In this document: piece by piece, positions 49,579 through 62,634 of the stretch
Position numbering within the stretch: the first letter of the stretch is position 1
Layout: each line of letters begins with the position of its first letter
NCBI GenBank assembly: GCA_038087875.1
Contig: CM075991.1
Location: 13,270,001 to 13,334,000, forward strand
From: Malacoraja senta
Taxonomy: Eukaryota
Reading direction: 5' to 3'
DNA length: 64,000 bases
The notes under the pieces: model-generated
Told to the model about the DNA's origin: nothing
Seen by the model: only the letters and a program-made list of their open reading frames with translations
The model's database searches: none
Position numbers and translations under genes: made by a program

Positions 49579-50524
49579 GAATTGGGTTCCTGTGTGCCAG
49601 CAAAAACAAAAACCCAGAATGCTGGGAGAACTCAGTGAGTGGAGCAGCATCTGTTGGAGGCAAAAGGTGTTTAGTGTCACGTGTACGGAGGAACAGTGAA
49701 AAGCTTTTTTGTTGTGTGCGAATCCAGTCAGCGCCAAGACTATACATGAATCCCCACGTGAACACATACAGGATAAAGGGTATAATGTTTACCAAATAAA
49801 GATTTAAAAGAGTGGAACGATTGATTGAGCAGGAATCTGGTAAGTGGGGAGATAAAGAGCCATTGGGGGAGGTGACAGTCAGAGGGAACCAGAACCAGGA
49901 GGGTCTGAGGGTGGTGTGTGGTGGGTGCATGGAAATAGCACGGGGGGGAAATGGGTGATGAGGGCAGGAAGAGGCTATGGGAAAAGGGGCAAAACATGCA
50001 AGGACTAGGGGAGATAGGAAGGGGGAGGTGAACAGAACAGAGGGGAGGTTGCCTTAAATTGGAAAAGGCCATGCTCATCCTATTGTGTTGTCGACTATTG
50101 TGGTTTGGGTGGCACAGTGGTGCAGCAGGTAGAGCTGCTGCCTCACACCAGAGACCCAGGTCCAGTCCTGTCTGTGTGGAGTTTGCATGTTCTTCCTGTG
50201 ACAACATGGGTTTCCTCCTCCATCCCAAAGATGCAGGTGTTTGTAGGTTAATTGGCTCTGTAAATTCTCCTTAGTGTAAAGTATGGATGAGGGAACAGAG
50301 ATCTGTTCCTAGAATTAGTGTGAACAGTTGATGAATAATCGGCGTGGACTTGGTATCTAGATTGGGATGCCCTTGTATCTTGGCAACTTTATGCCATGCA
50401 GGGCACAAGACAGTGCTGCCCCACCCTCTAACACAACAAGACAAGAGACACCAGAATCTTTTAATTCAACATGTCAAACATTTTTAATGTGGTTACTGTT
50501 TTTATGATACACATAGATACAGGT

Positions 50525-50530
50525 TTTATT
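50525..50530 (-). terminator. Candidate polyadenylation signal of the HS3ST1-like gene
   Basis: AATAAA on the minus strand about 770 nt past the stop; ATTAAA also near 50483. Confidence 0.45.
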
Positions 50531-51296
50531 GAACATAACTGAGCTGTAACTACAGTCACTTGGACTGCCTGACAGTAACAGTGTGCAAGTGCAATGTGAT
50601 TTCAACGTGTTCAACCTCAGCTAAGATATCGACAACTACACAACAATCACATTATCAACGGACTTGTTCAGAAAATTTCCAAATTAGTCAAATCATTACA
50701 TCTTACTCAGTGCAGTTTTATTTACGTTAACAAAAACGGCTTTCCTGCCTTCATGGAAAATGATTTACTACCTATAGTCTACAAACTGCAAATAATCTTC
50801 ATAGGAGAGTATGTAAAGATCAGGCCCAGGTTTCGCTGATAAAAGTATGTAATAAATAGCACACAGCATCTCTTCCAGGGTCTGATGTGAAAAGGGTCCT
50901 GACCCGAACATCGCCTGTACATTCCCTCCACAGATGCTGCCTGACCCGCTGAGTTCCTCCAGCACTTTGTGTTAATCTCAAGATTCCAGCACCTGCAGTT
51001 CCTTGTGGAATATTGTGACCTGTCTGGGCATTTGTCCAACGGCATTTTCCAGGTGCAGTTATTGAGTACAATAACAGAGAGAAAAGTCCCAACCCGAAAC
51101 ACCTTCTGTGCTTTTTCCTCCACAGATGCTGCCTGGTCTGCTGAGTTCATCCACAACTTTGTGTCTTTTATTAAAGATATCTAGTAGTTCAGTCTTAAGA
51201 CCAGAAATGTGGTTTGTCCATCTCCTCCACAGATGTAGCCAGACTCGTTGAGTTCCTCCAGCACTTTTTTTTTGTTCCAGTACCTTGTTTCTAAAA

Positions 51297-52083
<787 letters not shown>

Positions 52084-52867
52084 TTAGAGCAGCAACACTA
52101 AAGTGGCACACAAAGATGGTACCAACCACAGAGATTAGTACTTCTATAGGAGACAGTGCCTCCAACGGGCAGCCAGTGGCAGAGACAAACATCACCCTGG
52201 CCACGCTCTCATTTCATTCCTTCCATCACAGCACAGCGCCAGAGACCCGGGTTCAATCCTATCTGTGTGGAGCTAGTACGTTCTCCCTGTGACTGCATTC
52301 TCCAGATGCTCCGGTTTCCCCTGACATTTCAAACACATACATGTCTGTATGTTAATTGGTTTCTGTGAATTGCCCCTAATATTTAGGATACGAAGGTGGG
52401 ATAATATGACTGATGTTCGGCATTATCTTGGTGGGCCGAATGTCTCTTTCCACACTGTATCTCTAAACTAAACTCAGATGGTGCAGGAGTCTGAAAATGG
52501 CGACCACCAGATTCAAAAATAGTTTCTTCCCAACAACCATCTTGAACAGTACATTGACCTCAACGATGTACTTCTATGAACCATTATTGGTTGCACCAAC
52601 CTCCAGTGTGGGACCTTATGGAAGATCTTCACTGTACCTCGGTACATGTGACAATATGACTAAACTCACAGTGGTCCAGTGTAAATGATTTCCAACCAAG
52701 TGGTAGTAAGTTTTAGTTCAAACTCTAGTTGAAGGATAAAATTTGATCATTGCAAATTCAGGGGAGCCTTTCTATCAAGAGTGGTAAGGAAGCAGAGCCG
52801 GTCCCAGATGATTCAGGAGGTCATCAGTCTAGATGTTTCACGGGACAACTGGACAACAGGGACGTAC

Positions 52868-53020
52868 CTTGCGAGTGGCATCAGCACCCAAGGCCGGAAG
52901 GTTCTTTCTCCGAGCTGCCACCTCTACTCCCTGCAGCCAGAAACCCGAGTCCCGTGCTTTGGAAAGGAACAGAGGGACTTCCAGTAGAAGCATGAGGACT
53001 CCAGTCAGTACCGGCGACAT
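52868..53020 (-). CDS. HS3ST1-like sulfotransferase, first coding exon (signal peptide and stem, MSPVLTGVLMLLLEVPLFLSKA...GADATRK)
   Basis: Hydrophobic N-terminus; ends at phase-0 donor AAG|GTACGT, which joins in frame to [14 protein letters not shown] of the next exon; upstream acceptor tttgacAG at 53134-53135. Confidence 0.8.
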
Positions 53021-53467
53021 TGGGACGAACCTTCACCCAGACACACGTCAGCACGGAACACCTCCAAACAAGATCATGGTCTCACTGCCCAAACACATCA
53101 CACTCCTGGTGACAGAACAGATTTGAGTTTCATCTGTCAAAGGTAACAGTTAAAATAACAGGTTAATGGATGTGCTTTGTCATTAAATGTCTGGACTATG
53201 CTCATGCATGCAACTACAATTCTAGAGATGGAGTGTTTCTAATTATAAATGAGGCTTTCACAATGGCGGGATTTGTGGACTTGTAGCTGCCATTTCAAAC
53301 CCAATATCACAAGTTTTCTGTATAAACAAGGAACTGCAGATGCTGGTTAATACACAAGGACACAGAGTGCTGGAGTAACTTAGGGGGTCAGGCTGCAGAG
53401 GCTGCATCTCTGGTAATCATGGATAGATGACACTTTGGCTTTGATGTCTGAAGAAAGGTCCCGACCC

Positions 53468-53797
53468 GAAACGTCACCTATCCATGTTCTCCAGAAATGC
53501 TGCCTGACCCACTGAGTTACTCCAGCACTCTGTGAAACGTCACCTATTCATGTTCTCCACAAATGCTGCCTGACCCGCTGAGTTACTCCAGCACTCTGTG
53601 AAACGTCACCTATCCATGTTCTCCAGAGATGCTGCCTGACCCGTTGAGTTACTCCAGCACTGTGTGAAACGTCACCTATCAATGTTCTCCACAGATGCTG
53701 CCTGACCCGCTGAGTTACTCCAGCACTGTGTGAAACGTCACCTATCCATGTTCTCCACAGATGCTGCCTGACCCGCTGAGTTACTCCAGCACTTTGT
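53468..53797 (+). repeat. Five tandem 66-bp units derived from the Penelope terminal repeat
   Basis: GAAACGTCACC recurs at 53468, 53534, 53600, 53666 and 53732. Confidence 0.9.
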
Positions 53798-54507
53798 GTC
53801 CTTTTGAGTAAACAGGAGATTAATTTGTTCCCCACTCGAAAAGCTATGATGTCATTGTGTTGACTGCATCAGGGATTTGCAAATGATTCTTGGCCTTAAT
53901 TGAAGTCCTTTCTCTGTGATCATTCATTATCACACAAGCACTTCCTGCTACCTGCCCCTTAATTAACACCCTGGGTAATTCCATCATTGTTGGTCTCATG
54001 CGGGATTTGTGGGGAACGGTCCCCATAGCTCTCTCTCCAGCATCATTTTAAAGTAATCCACAGCCTGTTGATTAGGCTGGTGAATACAACAGCACACACA
54101 GTAGCTGGAGAACGAGGCCTGTTGCAATCCCACAGCTCATTTGTAACAGCAGGTATATCTATGAAAAATTGTTGAGTTTAGAGATACAGTGTGGAAACAG
54201 GCCCTTTGGCCCACAGAGTCCATGCTGACCAACGATCACCCCATACACTAACTCTATCCTACACACTAGGGACAGTTTACACTGTACCCCGGTGCAACTG
54301 ACAAACACTAAAGTAATCTAAGCTAAACATACTATTGATGGCTTCACTGGTTTCTTGATGGGACTTCAAGACTTGAGAAAACAAAACTAGTGTGAACGGA
54401 TGATCGATACAGTGGGCCGAAGGAGCTGTTTCCTTCAATTCAATTGAATTCCAGGCACAAAGACATGGTATTATCACATCTCCCTAGTCTATTCTGAATG
54501 TTTCCAA

Positions 54508-55092
54508 TATAGACAATAGGTGCAGGAGGAGGCCATTCGGCCCTTCGAGCCAGCACCGCTATTCAATGTGATCATGGCTGATCATCCCCAATCAGGACCC
54601 AGTTCCTGCCTTCTCTCCATATCCCCTGACTCCGCTATCTTTAAGAGCCCTATCTAGCTCTCTCTTGAAAGTATCCTGAGAACCTGCCTCCACCGCCCTC
54701 TGAGGCAGAGAATTCCACAGACTCACAACTCTCTGTGTGAAAAAGTGTTTCCTCATCTCTGTTCTAAATGGCTTACTCCTTATTCTTAAACTGTGACCCC
54801 TGGTTCTGGACTCCCCCAACATCGGGAACATGTTTCCTGCCTCTAGCGTGTCCAAACCCATAACAATCTTATATGTTTCAATAAGAATCCCTCTCATCCT
54901 TCTAAACTCCAGAGTGTACAAGCCCAGCCGTTCCATTCTCTCAGCATATGACAGTCCCGCCATCCTCGGAATTAACTTTGTAAACCTACGCTGCACTCCC
55001 TCAATAGCAAGAATGTCCTTCCTCAAATTAGGGGGCCAAAACTGCACACAATACTCCAGGTGTGGTCTCACTAGGGCTCTGTACAACTGCAG
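54508..55092 (-). mobile_element. CR1 LINE 3' fragment
   Basis: ORF 54592-55086 YRALVRPHLEYCVQFW...GYGEKAG and a CTATTGT tail. Confidence 0.9.
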
Positions 55093-55724
55093 AATATCTG
55101 GTTAGGTTGGTAAATTTCCTGTTTACCTTATTTCCAACTATTAACCCTTTCTCTCCCACCCACAGAAGGATATCACTGATCATTTGTGTAAGGGACTGCA
55201 GATGCTGGTTTAAACCAAAGATAGACACAAAATGCTGGAGTAATTAAGTGGGACAGGCAGCATCTCTGGAGAGAAGGAATGGGTTTGAAGAAGGATCTCG
55301 ACCCGAAACATCACCCATTCCTTCTCTCCAGAGATGCTGCCTGTCCCACTGAGTTACCCCAACTTTTTGTGTCTATCTTCGATTTAAACCAGCATCACGG
55401 TTCTTTCGTACACAATTGTTTTAAACTGATGAAATATAAAATGCTGGGAACCCAACGGGTCAGGCAGCATCTTTGGAGAGAGAGAAAGAGAGAGAGAGAC
55501 AGAGAGAGAGACGCGGAGAACCGGGGCAGTCTCTCAATCTAAGATTCAAGAACTTTCAAAATCACCGCGGCAGCGACAAGTTGTTGGCGAGACGGAGACA
55601 CCGGTAACGACGGCCGCCCGCAGACCCCCGACACAACTCTCTCTGTCTCCGCCCTCCCTCCCTCCCTCCCCACCACAGCCCCGCGTCCGCACCGTGGGGG
55701 CGAGGAAAGAATTAGGTGAAGAGC

Positions 55725-56070
55725 AGAGGGTGGGTGTGAGAGGTGGGGGGGGGGGGTGTGTGAGAGAGGTGAGGGGTGTGAGAGGTGGGGGGTAGGGTGG
55801 GTGTGAGAGGTGGGGGGGGGGCGGTGGGGGAGGGGGTGTGAGAGAGGTGGGGGGTGGGGTGGGTGTGAGATAGGTGGGGGGGTGGGTGAGAGGTGGGGGG
55901 TGTGAGAGGTGGGGGGGGGTGAGAGAGTGGGGGGGGGTGTGAGAGAGGTGGGGGGGGGGAGAGAGGTGGGGGTGGGTGTGAGATAGGTGGGGGGGGTAGG
56001 GGGGGTGTGAGAGGTGGGGGAGGGGGGTGTGAGAGAGGTGGGGGTGGGTGTGAGATAGGTGGGGGGGTAG
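55725..56070. repeat. G-rich minisatellite (GTGAGAGGTGGGGGG variants) between two CpG-rich segments
   Basis: Tandem G-run units. Confidence 0.85.
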
Positions 56071-57242
56071 GTGCAGGTACCTGTGTCGCGGAGCTGGAAT
56101 CTGTCACCAACAGTTTGAGCGCCGTCCCCGGGACCCGCAGACACAGAGTGAGGCTCCTCGCACACAAACCCCCCCCCCCTCCCCCTTTTACATCCCCGCC
56201 CAGCCACCCCTCCCTTCTCACCGCCAACATCAGGTGCTGGAGTAACTCAGAGGGACAGCATTCAGCAAATGTCACCCAGCCATGTTCTCCAGAGATGCTG
56301 CTCGACCCATCTCTAAACTGGAAACTCAATTAAACAAAATAATCCATTCACTGTTGCTTCTCTGGCAACGCAGTGATTTATGTTACATCATTGTGCACGT
56401 TGTTAAACGAGGGTGACTTCGGGGAGGCAGGTTTATGAATTGAGGGGTTTGGCTGATCAAAACAAGGGGAGCAGGAGCGAGCAAAGTGTGTAACTGAAGC
56501 TTACAGACTAAAGATACAGAGTAACGATGCAGACACAAATTAGTTTGACATAATAACTAACACAAGTTACCAACACCCTGACTTTGGGATGTGGGAATAA
56601 CCAGTGCACCCGCGGGAACCCAAGAGTCACAGGGAGAGCGTGCAGACTCCACACAGACAACACCCGAGTCAGGATTGAACCTTGCAAATTAATGTGCCGC
56701 TCTAACAGTCTCTGGATCACCACTATAACAAAGCTTTATTGTTGCGTCCTATCCAGTCAGTGGAAAGACTATACATGATAACTATTAAGCCGTCCACAGT
56801 GTACAGATACAGGATAAAGGGAGTAGTGGTTAGTGCAAGGTAAAGTCCAGTAAAGGTTTAGAAATATTTGGGCTAAATGTGGACTGGTGTAAATGGGGCA
56901 TCTTGGAAGGCATGGGCAAGTTGGGGCCTGGGTTAACAAAGGGTTAATGTGGATGGGTCCACATCTCCAGCTACACAACACACTGGCCAGTGGACAAACA
57001 ACAAGCCCATAAATCAAAGCCAATAAACATCGTCATTATTAAAACATGAATAACTACATGAGTTTAATGGCTCACCTTCCCACAGCACCCGCTCAATTTC
57101 AGAAACTGCAGTGATGCTTTGCTGATAAAGTCCTCTTCAGTCCTCTTCCACAGCGGGTCAGTCAGGGGACAGTCGATGTACCACCACCTGGATAAGGAGC
57201 GGACACACAGGGGGGAGTGGGTGGTGGACAGAGGAGAGATAT

Positions 57243-57660
57243 CAAGTCAAGTCAAGTGAGTTTATTGTCATGTGTCCCTGGTAGGACAATGAAATTCTTG
57301 CTTTGCTTGAGCACAACAGAACATAGTAGGCATTTACTACAAGGCATTCTATAAATATATACACAATGGTCAATATACTGATAAAGTGCAAATAACAGTA
57401 TTGGCTAGTAAAGTTCAGTGTTATGTCCGAGCCAGGTTTAATAGCCTGATGGCTGTGGGGAAGCAGCTGTTCCTGAACCTGGTCGTTGCAGTCTTCAGGC
57501 TCCTGTACCTTCTACCTGAAGGTAGTAGGGAGATGAGTGTGTGGCCAGGATGGTGTGGGTCCTTGATGATGCTGCCAGCCTTTTTGAGGCAGCGACTGTG
57601 GTAGATCCCCTCGATGGAAGGGAGGTCAGAGCCGATGATGGACTGGGCAGTGTTTACTGG
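57243..57660 (-). mobile_element. Rex1/Babar-like LINE 3' end
   Basis: TAQSIIGSDLPSIEGIY...HHPGHTLISLLPSGRRYRSLKTATTRFRNSCFPTAIRLLN and a CTTGA repeat tail. Confidence 0.8.
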
Positions 57661-58054
57661 GAAGATATGATGCAGAGGCAATGGAAACACAAGGAAATGC
57701 TGATGCTGGTTCACAAAACAAGACACAAAGTGCTGGGGCATCTTTGGGTTTGCAGTTTGGAGACTGGGATAGGAGGAGGGGAAGGAGAATGGGAGGGTAG
57801 GGTGGGAAAAGTCAAGCAGGGAGGGAGATGATGGCTAGCAGAAGAAGTAGGCAGGTGGGAGGGGGACAGAGGCAGAGACAGAGCAGTTTAAACTGCACAC
57901 AGGCAATAGCTGTGACCATGGCACTGCGAGGCAGCAGCTCTACCTGCTGCACCACACTTCCTGTCACATTTGTACCACTTTCCTAAGTCACCAAGAGCTG
58001 TTCAATTCTGATAATCAGCAAAATATTCAGAAATCCTCGATGCCTCATCAGGTA

Positions 58055-58545
58055 ATCATAGGAACAGAATTAGGCCATTTGGCCCATCAAGTCTCCTCCA
58101 CCATTAAATCATGGCTGATCTATCTCTCCCTCTCAACCCCATTCTGTCTTCTCCCCACAACCTTTGACACCCAATACTAATCAAGTATCTGTCAATCTTT
58201 GGTTTAAAATACCCAAATGACTTGGCCTCCACAGCCTTCTGTGGTAAAGAATTCCACAGATTCACCGCCCTCTGACTAAAGAAATTCCTCCTCATTTCCT
58301 TCCTAAAGGACGTCCTTTAATTCTGAGGCTGTGCCTTCTGGTCCTAGTCTCTCCCACCAGTGGAAACATCCTCTCCACATCAACTCTATCCAGGCCGTTC
58401 ACTATTCGGTAAGTTTCAATGAGGTCCCATGCCGTCAAACGCTCATCATATGTTAGTTAACCCACTCATTCCTGAGATCATTCTCGTAAACCTCTGGACC
58501 CTCTCCCTCTCCTCAGATATGGGGCCCAAACCTGCCCACAATGTA
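58055..58545 (-). mobile_element. CR1 LINE 3' fragment
   Basis: MRRNFFSQRAVNLWNSLP motif and CR1 3' UTR. Confidence 0.8.
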
Positions 58546-59689
58546 ATGTTCATTGTGCTTGTTTATCACTGTTGAGGGCCCAGCTCCCATCCAATTCTCC
58601 AGGCCTCTGGTTACAGGTTCCCTTCTGGGTCCTACGCTCTCTTTACATTTACCACATTTACTGGGAATTTTATTGTAATAATGCATAACGTCTAAAAACA
58701 GAATTTAAAAAAGGTAGACACAAGGAACTACATAAAAAGACACAAAGTGTTGGAATAACTCAGTAAGTCAGGCCGCATCTCTGGAGAACATGAATAGGTG
58801 ACGTTTCGGGTCGAGACTCTTCAGACACATAAGAAAACGTGTTGAGTATTAATGCTGGTCCCATTACCAAAGGACAAAATACGCTGGATAATCAGAGTTT
58901 TACTGTTGTTGGTTAGACCAACTATAGGTTACAGTCAGTGTGGGGTTAGTGGTGTGGTGGTGAATGCTTGTTCTGTGCCCTGCCTGAGACAGGCTGCCAG
59001 AGGCTGGAGCGTTGCTGGTAACCCCGGCCTCACCCTCCATCAGGCCCTCCCCAGACTAACATCTCCCTTCACCAGCTCCCAGTTCAGGGCTGAGCCTGCT
59101 GGTATTGAACATGACAGCAGCAGAGTCAGAACAAGCAGGAACGTAGAGATTCATGCCCCAGTGCCTTGGAAAACAATCAATCAAAAATTAATCAAAGGGT
59201 TAAACAGAACTTTGGATCTGTATACACTGGAAACCTAATGGTTACTGTCGACTTAGAACATAAACTTAGGACATAGGACATAGAACATACAGCACAAGAA
59301 CAGTGTCACAATGTCCTTGCCATGTAAAGGCCATCTCTTATCCACCTGCTCATAACCCATATACCTCAATTCCCTGCATCTCCATGTACTTATCCAAAAG
59401 TATCTTAAAACACCACTATCGTATCTGCCTCCACCACCACCCCTGGCAGCGCGTTCCAGGCACCCACCACCCTCTGTGTAAAAACCCTGCCCCGCACATC
59501 TCCTTTAAACTTTGCCCCTCTCGCCATAAAGCTGTGCCCTCTGGCAAGGTTCTGGTAAACCTCCTCTGCACCCTCTCCAAAGCCTCCACACCATTCCTGC
59601 ATGGGTGACCAGGTGTGCACGCAGGTAGCTGCACGACTCCAACACTCTGGTGGCCGATTCACACAACAATCCCATGTCTTTTTTGAAAT

Positions 59690-60500
59690 GTGGGAGGAAA
59701 TGCTAGCATTTATTTCAAGAGGGCTTGTATACAAAAACAGGAATGTAATGCTGAGGCTCTATCAGGCGCTGGTCAGGCCACATTTGGAATATTGTGAACA
59801 ATTTTGGGCACCATATCTGAGGAAGGATGAGCTCATCCAGCAATCAACAGCAGAATGTTAGGAACAAATGAGATTGGAAAGCAGAGGTGAGCTCTGGGTC
59901 AATGAGAAGAACACTTGCCACCAGCCTTCCTGCTGGATCTGATGGGAGGTGGCTGACAGCTGGGATACCTGCCCTCATCTGGTCGCACCGCATTTGGAGT
60001 ACTGTGAGCATATCTGAGGAAGGATATGCTGGCTCTGGAGAGGGTCCAGAGGAGGTTTACGGGAATGATTCCAGGAATGAGTGGGTTAGCATATGATGAG
60101 CATTTGACGGCACTGTGCCTGTACTCGCTGGAGTTTAGAAGGTCGAGGGTGACCCTCATTGAAACTTACAGAATAATTAAAGAGTGGATGTGGAAAGGAT
60201 GTTTCCACTGGTGGCAGGGTCTCAGATCAGAGGTCGTAGCCTCAGAATTAAAGGGCACCCTTTAGTCAGAGGGTAGTTAATCTGTGGAACTCATTGCCGC
60301 AGAGGGCTGTGGAGGCCAAGTTCGTGGATATTTCTTTAAGGCAGAGATAGACTAATTCTTGGTTAGAATGGGTGTCAAGGGATATGGAGAGAAGGCAGGA
60401 ATGGGGTACTGATTGTGGATGATCAGCCATGATCACAGTGAATGGTGGTGCTGGTTCGAAGGGCAGAATGGCCTAATCCTGCACCTATTGTCTATTGTCT
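59690..60500 (+). mobile_element. Rearranged CR1 LINE 3' fragments
   Basis: MLAFISRGLVYKN...RPHLEYCEQFW and LERVQRRFTGMIPG; CTATTGT tail at about 60485-60500. Confidence 0.8.
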
Positions 60501-62634
60501 AAACTCAGGGAGTTTACCACAAAGCACTGGGTGCTCTGGCACTCAGCTCCAGCCCAATCACCCCCAGAGGCTGACTCACGGACGGACGTGTGTATGTTGA
60601 CAGAAGCTGTACTCCACACAAGCAGACCTGCTCAATTAATAAAGGCTTCAGCACTTCTCATGAAATGGAAATGATCATAAATGTTTCAGCAGTCAAAATC
60701 TCCCACATCAGTCATCTGCATCCTTCCACTATCAGCAGACCTTTCCATTAAGGTGACTGATTGAAGGGATCGTTTGAAAGATACAGCATGGCAACAGACC
60801 CTTCGGTCCACCGAGTCTACGCCAACCAATGATCACCCATTCACACTAGTTCTACGTTATCCCACTTTCTCATCCACTCCCTACACACTAGGTGCAATTT
60901 ACATAGGGCCAATTAACCTACAAACCCTTGGGCTGTGGGAGGAAACCAGAACACCCGGAGTAAACCCACACGGTCACAGGGAGAATAAACAAACTCAGCA
61001 CAAGACAGCACCTGAGCTCAGGATCAAGCCTGGTCTCTGGCGCTGTGAGGCAGCAGCTCTACCCGCTGCACCACTGTGCCGCCCTTTACTCCAGCAGTTT
61101 GTGTTTTGCTCAAGATCCCAGGGTACGGGATGCAGCGGAGACTGAAACAGGGGCAGAGTTTCAGAATTAAGGAGCACCCTTTTAAGATGGAGTTGAGTAG
61201 GTAACCTTTCTCGTAGAAGTCTCTACCTGTGTGGCAGGTGGTCACTGCAAGACCAGGGTAGGTTCGTGGGGGAGGTGTGTAATGGTGAACCAGGGGGAGG
61301 GTGGGGCAAGATAAGAGCAACCAGGAGTGTTTTATATGCACCGAAACGGAACAATTAAAATCTTACTTACATGAACATTAAATGTTTTCTTTCTAATTGT
61401 TTTGCTCTAATATCTTGGGGTTTTTGCACGCTTTATCTTTTACTGCCTTGCAGACGTTTATATGTAATTTATGTTTAGTGGGTTTGTCTGGGTCTGTGCT
61501 GTACCTCACCACACTGTGCATCTGACAATAAATAAGCTGACATGACTTATGTGGACAACTTCAAAGGTTGATACAGCCGACCCCTGCTCCTATCTTGTGC
61601 GTTCAGTGAGAGTTCTGGAACATTTAATTCCCCGCACCTCATGGTGGTCCCCAGAACCAGCCCACATCTCACCCTCATCTGAATCTTGGCTGGATCCTGG
61701 ACAACAGACAGATTCACGCATTGGAACGTAGAAGGCAGGGTTAAAAACATCAAAGACAAACACAAAATGCTGGAGTAACTCAGCGGGACAGGCAGCATCT
61801 CTGGAGAGAAGGAATGGGCGACGTTTCAGGTTGAGACCCTTCAGACTGAGAGTCAGGGAAGAGGGAGACTAGTGAAATAGAAAGATAAGGTGTGAATACG
61901 ACAAAGCAGGTCAGGAACACCAATATCTTGCTACTGTGTCAATCATATCTTGGAAAACGTTTTCCATTCCATGATATCTGGCGACATTACAGGAGATTAA
62001 ACAGTTGTTTCAAAATATTCAAACTTGTCATATTCATCATTAAATCAAGGAGAATATTCGTGTTGTGAAAGGTCAAGTAAAAGCCACATTTCAATTTGCA
62101 CTTAACAAAAGCTGTATGCTTTCTGAACAAATTCTGTCATAAATATTAAATATAAGGAAGAGGTCAGACAGAGAGGCATATCAAATATTAATCTGCACTT
62201 AGCCATTTCAATCACAAGAGTAGCAGTCACCTACTTTTTTTGTGAAACTAATTTGTTTTTAAGTTACTGATAGATCAATGTGTGTTAAAGGGCGTACAGT
62301 CACACTGGAGTGGGAATGATACATGATGAATAAGGAAGGATTGAAGAGCACATTGTGATTTAGAGAGAGATCAGTCTCCTACTCCACTCTGGGATCCTCA
62401 ACACAACACAAGTACTGAAGTTACTGAAACTCCCTGACCCATATCTCCGCACCTGCCCAGTCCATCACAGGTACTGACCTCCCCACCATCGAGCAGCTTT
62501 TGTGAGGGAAGGAATTCAGTTTTAGTTTATTGTCACGTGTACCGAGGTACAGTGAGAAGCTTTTGTTGCGGCTGACCAGTCAGCAGAACGACAGGTTTAT
62601 AATTCAGCCGTCCACAGTGTATAGATACATTGAT

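Noticed and set aside
49030..49930. Long Pro/His/Cys-rich ORFs (245 and 278 aa), and similar ORFs at 48188-48710, 55539-56333 and 20673-21083
   Set aside because: They are translations of minisatellites or low-complexity G-rich DNA.
53468..53797. Regularly spaced repeats resembling a CRISPR array
   Set aside because: The units are contiguous near-identical 66-mers with no unique spacers, derive from the Penelope repeat and lie in a vertebrate genome with no cas genes.
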